13,496 bases of DNA from Octopus sinensis (Eukaryota): assembly GCF_006345805.1 (NCBI RefSeq), contig NW_021825922.1:1-13496 (forward strand), read 5' to 3'. Both the position numbers and the translations under genes were made by a program. Of this stretch, positions 1 through 8,351 are shown one piece after another (the stretch's first letter is position 1; every line of letters begins with the position of its first letter). The notes under the pieces were generated by a model that had not been told where the DNA came from, searched no databases, and worked only from the letters and a program-made list of their open reading frames with translations.

Positions 1-113
1 GAGCTGACCATCACAGGTTCTGTGCCATAGAAACGGAAGCAATATCAGGGTCAGAAGTGGGAATTAGGAAGACGGTAGGGTGTCATATTCTATAAATAAA
101 AGACTAGAATTCT

Positions 114-172
114 TCAAAGGCAGTACCTCAGCATAGTTGGCAGTCTTATGACTGAAATGAGTAAATGTAAAA
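114..172 (+). mobile_element. Degraded 3' tail of SINE family A
   Basis: tcaaaggcagtacctcagcatagttggcagtcttatgactgaaatgagtaaa resembles the SINE tail at 11393-11462 (taaaggcggtggccagcatggccgcagtcaaatgactgaaacaaagtaaaag). Confidence 0.55.
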
Positions 173-182
173 TATACATATA

Positions 183-487
183 TCATCATCAACATCACAT
201 CATCATCATCATCGTTTAACGTCCGTTCTCCATGCTAGCATGGGTTGGACGGTTCGACGGGGATCTGGGAAGCCAGAAGGCTGCACAGGCTCCAGTCCTT
301 CTGGGCAGTGTTTCTACAGCTGGATGCCTTCCTAACGCCAACCACTCCGTGAGTGTAGTGGGTGCTTTTTACGTGCCACCCGCACAGGTGCCAGAGGAGG
401 CTGGTGCCTCAACAAGTCTTTGTGTCCAAGGGAGGAAAGGCATGTATAAGTGGGCTGGGCACACTTGTCCTGCCTGGTCTTCTCACA
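183..487 (-). mobile_element. RTE-type LINE 3' end (last codons + 3' UTR + (GAT)n tail) with internal deletion
   Basis: Highly similar to 4629-5157 but jumps from ...ggctgg (401-404) to tgcctcaac (405), omitting the equivalent of 4847-5074; the (CAT)n run at 183-213 is the minus-strand (GAT)n tail. Confidence 0.85.
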
Positions 488-598
488 ATATGGGTGAAAA
501 AAAATTGAATATTAATTAATAACATCAATGATGATGATGATGATGAATTTAAAACACCAAGTGGCCTAGTGTATAAGACTGGGATACAATAAAATTAT

Positions 599-874
599 TA
601 ATAAAAGTAATGAGAGAGTCCACATCTGTCACTCTAACGTTCTCAAGAATTAATTCAACGCGCCAAGAATGTAAGCGAGCAGGACAAAAAAATAACGAAA
701 AAATAGATTAACTCTATACATTGTTTCCCATAATAGATTGTGTAATTTTACTTACATAATTATTCTCGGTTCTTCGTAAAGTGAGAACAATTCTTTAGTG
801 GCGGATTCCCTTCGTGGATCTATATCTAGCGTTAGAGTGACACACATGTGGACTCTCTCTCATTACTTATATTA
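599..874. repeat. Foldback / MITE-like element with ~40 bp imperfect terminal inverted repeats
   Basis: 599-639 (taataaaagtaatgagagagtccacatctgtcactctaacg) is the reverse complement of 830-874 with small indels; ~190 bp interior; TA-rich flanks. Confidence 0.7.
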
Positions 875-900
875 TATATATATATATATATATATAATAA

Positions 901-1054
901 CTCTTTTACTTGTTTCAGTCGTTTGACTGCAGCCATGCTGGAGCACTGCCTTTAGTCAAGCAAATCGACCCTGGGACTTATGCTTTGCCGAACTGCTAAG
1001 TTTCAGCCCAAGGCTATAGTAGAAGCTACTTACCACACAGCCACTCTTACGCCT
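901..1054 (-). mobile_element. Multiply deleted mini-copy of SINE family A (head and tail retained)
   Basis: Mosaic of four SINE segments: tail 901-981, 983-1000, 1004-1025 and head 1026-1054; each matches the reverse complement of longer copies in the window. Confidence 0.8.
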
Positions 1055-1067
1055 ATATATATATATA

Positions 1068-1333
1068 GTAGTTGAAAAATATCATTATAGGTAAAAAAAA
1101 ATACCATACACAATTATAGAAAAATGGAGGAGAAAAAGATGTTGAATGAAAATTAGATTTAATACACAATAGGATTCATATTCACAGATATTTTGCATTA
1201 TCCTTTGAAATGTGCGTATGTATTGAATCCTATTTTGTATTAAATCTAATTTTGATTCAACATCTTTTTCCCCTCCATTTTTCTATAATTGTGTATGGTA
1301 TTTTTTTTACCTATAATGATATTTTTCAACTAC
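1068..1333. repeat. Long near-perfect inverted repeat (arms 1068-1178 and 1224-1333, 45 bp spacer) embedded in (TA)n
   Basis: Arms of ~110 bp differ by 3 substitutions and one homopolymer indel on manual alignment. Confidence 0.92.
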
Positions 1334-1354
1334 TATATATATATATATATATAT

Positions 1355-1541
1355 AGGCACAGGAGTGGCTGTGTGGTAAGTAACTTGCTTACCAACCACA
1401 TGGTTTCGGGTTCAGTCCCACTGCGTGGCACCTTGGGCAAGTGTCTTCTGCTATAGCCCCGGGCCGACCAAAGCCTTGTGAGTGGTTTTGGTAGACGGAA
1501 ACTGAAAGAAGCCCATCGTATATATGTATATGTATATATAT
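1355..1541 (+). mobile_element. SINE family A (tRNA-derived, octopus-type) 5' half, tandem copy 1
   Basis: A-box-like tggctgtgtgg, B-box-like ggttcagtccc, CORE-like accttgggcaagtg, ending in the element's internal (TA)n tract. Confidence 0.9.
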
Positions 1542-1705
1542 AGGCGTAGGAGTGGCTGTGTGGTAAGTAGCTTGTTTACCAACCACATGGTTCCGGGTTC
1601 AGTACCACTGCATGGCACCTTGGGCAAGTGTCTTCTCCTATAGCCTTGGGCCGACCAAAGCCTTGTGAGTGGTTTTGGTAGACGGAAGCTGAAAGAAGCC
1701 CATCG

Positions 1706-1737
<32 letters not shown>

Positions 1738-1746
1738 CATATATAA
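1542..1746 (+). mobile_element. SINE family A 5' half, tandem copy 2
   Basis: Direct repeat of 1355-1541 (187 bp period), about 11 differences over the 165 bp body. Confidence 0.9.
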
Positions 1747-1873
1747 TTCTCAAGGAGATACAGTGTGACACAGAATGTGACAAGGCTGGCCCTTTGAAAT
1801 ACAGGTGCTACTCATTTTTGCTAGTTGAGTGAACTGGAGCAACGTGAAATAAAGTGTCTTGCTCAAGGACACA
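1747..1873 (-). mobile_element. Fragment of a second CORE-like SINE family (family B)
   Basis: Minus strand reads tgtgtccttgagcaagacactttatttcacgttgctccagttcactca...aaaatgagta, resembling the CORE-SINE central domain; tRNA head absent. Confidence 0.6.
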
Positions 1874-1939
1874 TTTTTCAGCAATGACCCTCCTGTCTTT
1901 TATTCAGACACAGTGTACCTAGGACTACATAATCCAATG

Positions 1940-2354
1940 GGATCATTTCGGTTTGACCGGCAGTTTTTTAAAATGATTTCCACGTAACTAAACACTTTTA
2001 AACTTCGTATACTGGAAGAATGTGTTTATAAAACATTTTTTTCTCTTGGCTTAGTTGAGAAAATTCTATAGTTTGTAAGATATTTGTTGGTTTTTTTCTT
2101 CAATTTCTGCAATTTCAACCAATCAATGACGTCTATTGAGACAAAAAAAAACATTCTGTGCCGTATGAATATGTCCCTCGTTTAAGAAACAGATTGGGTT
2201 TATTTACATTTGTGAAGAAAAAAAGATACCCTTACCACCACCCCTAACCCTAAAACGATTGAAATGCAATAGATCGATACTAGGGTTATAATTATGGGTG
2301 ACAATTTCATATGGCACCGCTAGAAAAAAACTGCCGTTCAAACCGAAAAGATCC
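1940..2354. mobile_element. Non-autonomous DNA transposon (MITE), 415 bp, 30 bp TIRs, 8 bp TSD
   Basis: TIR ggatcatttcggtttgaccggcagtttttt (1940-1969) versus reverse complement of 2325-2354 with 2 mismatches; flanks atccaatg (1932-1939) / gtccaatg (2355-2362). Confidence 0.9.
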
Positions 2355-2571
2355 GTCCAATGTGTCCTTTCCTATTTTGAGACAGTATAGTTATATCATT
2401 CGAGCGAAATTTGGCTACTCTTTCTAGCAGTCGAGTGTGGTAACTTGGAGGTCTTTCTGGTCAGCTGTAGTATCAATTAGAATGATACGGCTTAAGTCAA
2501 TCAGGAGCTGTTTTAGTCTCCATAGCAACTGTAGTCACACATGATCATCATTAATCACTCATATCCTTGTT

Positions 2572-2728
2572 TTACACTCACACACACACACACACATACA
2601 CATATACACCTCTCTGTACATTACTATCTCTCTCACTCTCTCCTCTCTTTATCTCTGTTCCTATCTCTGTCTTCAACTTCCTTCTGACTCTCTCTCTCTC
2701 TCTCTCTTATGTCACGCTGTTTCTCTTT
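2572..2728. repeat. (CA)n followed by degenerate (CT)n microsatellite
   Basis: Directly visible dinucleotide runs. Confidence 0.85.
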
Positions 2729-2752
2729 ATATTCATATAAATAATCATAGAA

Positions 2753-2792
<40 letters not shown>

Positions 2793-2809
2793 ATCTATCT
2801 ATCTATCTA

Positions 2810-2840
<31 letters not shown>

Positions 2841-2876
2841 ATCTATCTATGTATCTATCTATCTATCTATCTATCA

Positions 2877-2910
<34 letters not shown>

Positions 2911-3098
2911 ATCTATCTATCTATCTATCTATCAATCTATCTATATCTATCTATCTATATCTATCTATCTATCTATATCTATCTATCTATCTATCTATCT
3001 ATATATCTATCTATCTATATCTATCTATCTATCTATCTATCTAATCTATCTATCTATCTATCTATCTTCATATCTATCTATCTATATCGAATTATCTA

Positions 3099-3161
<63 letters not shown>

Positions 3162-3216
3162 ATCTATCTATCTATCTATATCTGTCTATCTATCTATCTA
3201 TCTATCTATATCTATC

Positions 3217-3250
<34 letters not shown>

Positions 3251-3306
3251 ATCTATCTATCTATCTATATCTTCTATCTATCTATCTATATCTATCTATC
3301 TATCTA

Positions 3307-3341
<35 letters not shown>

Positions 3342-3354
3342 ATCTATCTATCTA

Positions 3355-3385
<31 letters not shown>

Positions 3386-3402
3386 ATCTATCTATCTATC
3401 TA

Positions 3403-3433
<31 letters not shown>

Positions 3434-3450
3434 ATCTATCTATCTATCTA

Positions 3451-3481
<31 letters not shown>

Positions 3482-3494
3482 ATCTATCTATCTA

Positions 3495-3525
<31 letters not shown>

Positions 3526-3646
3526 ATCTATCTATCTATCTATATCTATCTATCTATCTATCTATCTATATCTATCTATCTATCTATATCTATGTATCTA
3601 TCTACCTATCTATCTATCAATCTATCTATCTATATCTATCTATCTA

Positions 3647-3677
<31 letters not shown>

Positions 3678-3684
3678 ATCTATC

Positions 3685-3735
<51 letters not shown>

Positions 3736-3986
3736 ATCTATCTATCTATATCTATCTATCTATCTATCTATCTATATCTATCTATCTATCTATATCTATC
3801 TATCTATCTATCTATCTATATCTATCTATCTATCTATATCTATGTATCTATCTACCTATCTATCTATCTATCAATCTATCTATCTATATCTATCTATCTA
3901 TCTGTCTGTCTGTCTGTCTGTCTGTTTTTCTCTATATATATATGAGTATATGTATATATATATATATATATATAGCTATATATATA
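2753..3986. repeat. ~1.15 kb (TATC)n/(TATATC)n microsatellite followed by (TCTG)n and (TA)n
   Basis: Directly visible; explains the YLSI-repeat ORFs at 2849-4018 and 3592-3945. Confidence 0.98.
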
Positions 3987-3987
3987 A

Positions 3988-4382
3988 GCTGGCCATCGTT
4001 GCCAGAGCAACAAGTTGACCTCCGTGCTAGTGGCACATAAAAAACACTATTCGAGCGTGACCGTTACCTGCGTCGCCTTACTGGCACTTGCGCTGGTGGC
4101 ACGTGAAAAAACATTCAAGCAAGGTCATTGCCAGTGACGCTGGACTGGCTCCTGTGCAGGTGGCGTGTAAAAGACACCCTTTGAGCGTGGCCATTGCCAG
4201 TACCACCTGACTGGCCCTCGTGCCGGTGGCATGTAAAAGCACCCACTACACTCTTGGAGTGGTTGGCGTTAGGAAGGGCATCCAGCTGTAGCAACTCTGC
4301 CAGATCAGATTGGAGCCTGGTGCAGCCATCTGGTTCGCCAGACCTCAGTCAAATTGTCCAACCCATGCCAGCATGGAAAGCG
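3988..4382 (+). mobile_element. RTE-type LINE 3' UTR (sister subfamily) with four ~65 bp tandem units; tail missing
   Basis: 3' part (gtggcatgtaaaagcacccactacact...ggaagggcatccagctgtag...ccaacccatgccagcatgg) matches the reverse complement of 4660-4822; gtggcacgtaaaa-like motif recurs near 4030, 4096, 4160 and 4226. Confidence 0.8.
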
Positions 4383-4628
4383 ATAGATGGAGATAGATAT
4401 ATAGATAGATAGATAGATGGAGATAGATATATAGATAGATATATACGACTATGAGGATTTGCATCCCCAACGTAATTCATCTTTTTCCCAAACTTATTAT
4501 GTAATACATGTCCTTGGAGTAGCAATTGCATGCGGCTGAAGGCTATTGACATACAAATTACATCAATTATGCATTGATATAAACCGTCTAATAAAAGCCA
4601 GAAACATATGTACCGCTAAATCCTTTGC

Positions 4629-5176
4629 ATCATCATCATCATCATCATCATCGTTTAACGTCCATTCTCTATGCTAGCATGGGTTGGACGGTTCGACCGG
4701 GGATCTGGGAAGCCAGAAGGCTGCACCAGGCTCCAGTCTTATCTGGCAGTGTTTCTACAGCTGGATGCCCTTCCTAACGCCAACCACTCCGTGAGTGTAG
4801 TGGGTGCTTTTTACGTGCCACCTGCACAGGTGCCAGGCGAGGCTGGCAACGGCCACGGTCGGATTGGTGTATTTTACGTGCCACTGGCACGGAAGCCAGT
4901 CGAGGCGGAGCTTGCATCGGCCACGAGTCGGATAGTGCTTTTTACGTACCACCAGACCAGGGATCCTGGCTGGTTAAATTCGATTTCGATTTCGCTTGCC
5001 CCAACATGTCTTCGCAAGCAAAGGGGGTTGGCATGGGTGCCTGTCGTCGGATGAGGTTCTATATCGACTTCGCTTGCCTCAACAGGTCTTTGTGTCCAAG
5101 GGAGGAAAGGCATTCATAAGTGGGCTGGGCTCACTTGACCTGCCTGGTCTTCTCACATACAGCATATTTCCAAAGA
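4629..5176 (-). mobile_element. 5'-truncated RTE-type LINE: last 14 codons, stop, 3' UTR and (GAT)n tail
   Basis: Minus strand 5175-5131 translates LWKYAVCEKTRQVK*, matching PWRYAVTAKTRQMK at the end of the RT fragment near 12601-12642; ends ggacgttaaac(gat)n. Confidence 0.88.
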
Positions 5177-5194
5177 TGTTTTTATTTTGATAAA

Positions 5195-5226
5195 TATATA
5201 TATATATATATAATATATATATATCT

Positions 5227-5267
<41 letters not shown>

Positions 5268-5269
5268 CT

Positions 5270-5310
<41 letters not shown>

Positions 5311-5693
5311 ATAGATAGATAGATAGATGGATAGATAGATATATAGTTGGATAGGCAGATAGGTAGGGAGATAGATAGGTAGATAGATAGATAGATAAAA
5401 GATAGACAGACAGATAGATAGATAGATATAGATAGATAGATAGATAGATAGATATAGATAAATAGATAGATATATATAGATAGATAGATAGATAGATATA
5501 GATAGATAGATAGATAGATAGATAGTAGATAGATATAGGATAGATAGATAGATAGATAGATAGATTAGATAGATAGATAGATATAGATAGATGATAGATA
5601 GATAGATAGATAGAAGATAGATAGATGAGATGGAGATAGATAGATAGATAGATTGATTGATTGATTGTAATGAAGGAAGGAAGGAAGGAAGGG
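5195..5693. repeat. Compound microsatellite (TA)n - (GATA)n - (GATT)n - (GAAG)n
   Basis: Directly visible. Confidence 0.95.
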
Positions 5694-5756
5694 ATGAAGA
5701 ATAAGAGTGTAATTTATTAATTTCATCTTTATTGATGCAACATTTTTAATATTTAT

Positions 5757-6025
5757 ATCTGTGAGAAAAAAAATCATTGTTTCATCTCTGATTATTATGC
5801 TAAGCCCTAGAAATGTAACGATCTCGTTAATGACAACTCTCCCTATCTCTCTCTTTCTCTCTGTACATACATGCATCATATATATATATATATAAACATC
5901 ATCATTATCATTGTCAGTAGCAGTGGATGTTGCTTAATCTCTGACATGGTTGTCGTTAACAAGACAGCATTTTCAGGTTATTAACATCATATCCAGAGAT
6001 GAAACAATATTTTTTCCCCATGGAT
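5757..6025. repeat. Old diverged inverted repeat (arms 5757-5837 and 5949-6025)
   Basis: Exact 15 bp core cagagatgaaacaat (5994-6008) is the reverse complement of 5776-5790; flanking blocks gttgtc(a/g)ttaac(g/a)aga also align. Confidence 0.7.
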
Positions 6026-6053
6026 GCAAGGAATATTTCTGAAAAAGACAATT

Positions 6054-6135
6054 GTATATATATATATATATATACTTAATTCCTTCTCCTTCTCAGCATC
6101 AGATATATACATGTATGTATGCATATGTATGCATG

Positions 6136-6185
<50 letters not shown>

Positions 6186-6226
6186 ATATATATATAATAT
6201 ATATTATGTATGCATATGTATGCATG

Positions 6227-6293
<67 letters not shown>

Positions 6294-6352
6294 TATATGT
6301 ATGCATATGTATTGCATGCATACTATGCACACATACATGTATATATGTATGT
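6054..6352. repeat. (TA)n-rich tract with three ~91 bp-spaced tgtatgcatatgtatgcatgcata motifs
   Basis: Motif starts near 6116, 6207 and 6298. Confidence 0.8.
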
Positions 6353-6354
6353 AA

Positions 6355-6672
6355 ATGGATTAATGGATTATCCTTTGTTTACCGTTAACATGGAAAATTC
6401 AATAAACAGTTACCAGGGTAGCATAATTCACGCAAGTAACACGGATGAAGCGACCTATTCAAAGGTAGAAACTCCGGGGTTAATGTGCAATAATTTGTAT
6501 AGTATAAGTAAATAAATAAATGGAGTTGAACGCAGATGTTATTCAAATTCTTTTACTTTCGACGTATGTTTCGAAGAGAACGTTGGTTTTATAAAATGTT
6601 GTCCTCGAAACATATGTTGAAAGTAAAAGAATTTGAATAACATCTGTGTTCAACTCCATTTATTTACTTATA
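6355..6672. mobile_element. Asymmetric foldback, possibly a Penelope-like terminal-repeat remnant (inverted arms 6503-6574 and 6605-6672)
   Basis: ~70 bp arms are reverse complements (3 substitutions, one 4 bp indel); each begins with a GAAAC-N4-GTY hammerhead-like 3' half. The Penelope assignment and inclusion of 6355-6502 are inference. Confidence 0.55.
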
Positions 6673-6850
6673 TATATGTGTGTGTGTTTGTATGTATGTA
6701 TACATGCATTAATGCATTCATACATACACACATACATATTTATATGCATACATATATACACATACATGCATACATACATACATATGCAATCATGCATACA
6801 TAATACATGCATATTTACATACATACATACACACACATACATACATACAT
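6673..6850. repeat. (TG)/(CATA)n low-complexity tract; distal part is the LINE's (ATGT)n tail
   Basis: Directly visible. Confidence 0.85.
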
Positions 6851-7537
6851 TATGGCTACCCCCTTGTTATTGAGTATGGCCATTGCACGAAGCTTAACTG
6901 TTATTGGTGCTGTGATTGAATGTGACTTTTTAGCCCAGCCAAAGATCTACAATGTCTTGTACAGAATTGGCAGCTAAAACCTTTACCGGTAAAAAGCCAG
7001 CTGTAGTTGTAACTGGGCTTCGTGTACCTTTGCATGTCGTTTAAGTCCTCCTGCCGAATTACACTCTCTTCCACATGCCCGACAGATATGATTAGTATGG
7101 TGTCTAACACCACCACCAGTGGCCAGGTTGTCACTCATCTGTCTCGTTTTATGACTACAAAGATGACTCATGAGTCCAGCTTTACTGAGGCAGGGTCTTG
7201 CACAGACATTGCATGTCAGCATCAAAGGAAGACCCTTCCCTTCTGGAAGTGTAACAGTGATGCCCTTCCTGACATCCCTCCTTACTTTCTCATGTGCAAC
7301 TCGAGATTTCTCAAACGTGGCTGTCCCCTCATGCACAATCCTTCTCCACCTGCTACAATCAATAGCTATGCTTTCCCATGTGTCAGGAGAGATGCAAGCG
7401 TCTCTTAAGGAAGCCTTCAGCAAGTCCTTATACCTTTTTTTTGGTTTATGTGGAGGTGGTTCTTCTTTAGCTAACTCTCCATAAAAGAGTTGTTTTGGTA
7501 TCCTTGAATCCTTCATCCTGACCAGATGACCAATCCA
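6851..7537 (-). pseudogene. 5'-truncated RTE/BovB-like LINE: RT C-terminal region, three C2H2 zinc fingers, ~50 bp 3' UTR
   Basis: WIGHLVRMKDSRIPKQLFYGEL...KPKKRYKDLLK...WE...RWR is the typical RTE C-terminal block; fingers CNVC..HLCSH, CRAC..HAKVH and, after a frameshift, CQFC..HIQSQH; stop at 6901-6903. Confidence 0.88.
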
Positions 7538-7560
7538 TCCATACATACATACATACATAC

Positions 7561-7711
7561 GGTACAGTCTTCTGGATTGCCAGCTCTTTTTGAGACATAC
7601 AACCCTTAGCAGCATGTAAAACAGATGTTAAATGATGATGGTGATGATGATGATGGTGATGATAATGGTGATGATGATGATGGTGATGATGATGAATGTG
7701 ATGATGATGAT
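7561..7711 (+). mobile_element. Degraded extreme 3' end of the (GAT)n-tailed LINE with expanded tail
   Basis: ggtacagtcttctggattgccag...caacccttagcagcatgtaaaacagatgttaaa(tga)n parallels 9169-9259; source of the poly-His/poly-Met ORFs. Confidence 0.7.
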
Positions 7712-7718
7712 GTATGTA

Positions 7719-7850
7719 CAGGGTGCGATGGGTAAATTGTCGCCATTTTATATTTTTAATTTCGTGCATGTGCTATGTTTGTTTTTGATTTTGTCAACTA
7801 CACAGTATAGTAGGGTCAGTTGGGCACCGTCTGTGAGAGAAACAGCACCA
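7719..7850 (+). mobile_element. Probable left end of a Tc1/mariner-type DNA transposon, truncated by SINE
   Basis: TA followed by CAGGGTG, a common Tc1/mariner terminus; no partner TIR seen in the window. Confidence 0.45.
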
Positions 7851-7851
7851 T

Positions 7852-8034
7852 AGGCGCAGGAGTGGCTGTGTGGTAAGTAGCTTGCTAACCAACCACATGG
7901 TTCCGGGTTCAGTCCCACTGCGTGGCATCTTGGGCAAGTGTCTTCTGCTATAGCCCCGGGCCGACCAAAGCCTTGTGAGTGGAGTTGGTAGACGGAAACT
8001 GGAAGAAGCCTGTCGTATATATGTATATATATAT
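7852..8034 (+). mobile_element. SINE family A 5' half
   Basis: aggcgcaggagtggctgtgtggtaag...gaagaagcctgtcg(ta)n. Confidence 0.9.
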
Positions 8035-8350
8035 GCAGGAGTGGATGTGTGGTAAGTAGCTTGCTAACCAACCACATGGTTCCGGGTCCAGTCCCACTGC
8101 GTGGCACCTTGGGCAAGTGTCTTCTGCTATAGCCCCGGGCCGACCAATGCCTTGAGAGTGGATTTGGTAGACGGAAACTGAAAGAAGCCCGTCGAATATA
8201 TGCGTGTATATATATATATATATGCGTGTGTGTGTTTGTCACCCTAGCATTGCTTGACAACCGATGCTGGTGTGTTTACATCCCCATCACTTAGCGGTTC
8301 GGCAAAAGAGACCGATAGAATAAGTACTGGGCTTACAAAGAATAAGTCCT
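8035..8350 (+). mobile_element. SINE family A, near full length, lacking the 3' tail
   Basis: Head, internal TA/TG tract, and 3' half up to gaataagtcct. Confidence 0.9.
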
Positions 8351-8351
8351 A

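Noticed and set aside
232-519. MLAWVGRFD ORF family (also 4671-5054 and 8930-9226)
   Set aside because: Antisense reading of the LINE 3' UTR; the similarity reflects repeat copies, and indels break the frame between copies.
1355-1425. tRNA gene
   Set aside because: A/B-box-like motifs belong to the tRNA-derived SINE head; no complete cloverleaf or acceptor stem seen.
1389-1783. Recurring peptides such as AEDTCPRCHAVGLNP (also 7748-8260, 10255-10463, 11105-11637)
   Set aside because: Antisense translations of SINE family A.
2849-4018. 389 aa ORF
   Set aside because: Translation of the (TATC)n microsatellite (YLSI repeats); open only because the repeat lacks stops in that frame.
3988-4243. 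CRISPR-like repeat/spacer appearance
   Set aside because: Units are degenerate, linkers are related to each other, there are no cas genes, and the context is a eukaryotic LINE UTR.
4445-4628. Unique spacer as possible host exon
   Set aside because: Only short open frames, no recognisable motif and no convincing splice-site pair.
5971-6055. Possible exon after ttttcag ([16 protein letters not shown]...)
   Set aside because: The segment is one arm of a diverged inverted repeat and has no good donor site.
6052-6515. Ile/Tyr-rich ORFs (also 5120-5314 and 9366-10082)
   Set aside because: Translations of (TA)n/(TG)n tracts.
7467-7853. Poly-His and poly-Met ORFs; first ~26 aa of the 6983-7615 ORF
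   Set aside because: Derived from the (GAT)n tail, (CATA)n and an opposite-strand LINE UTR fragment.
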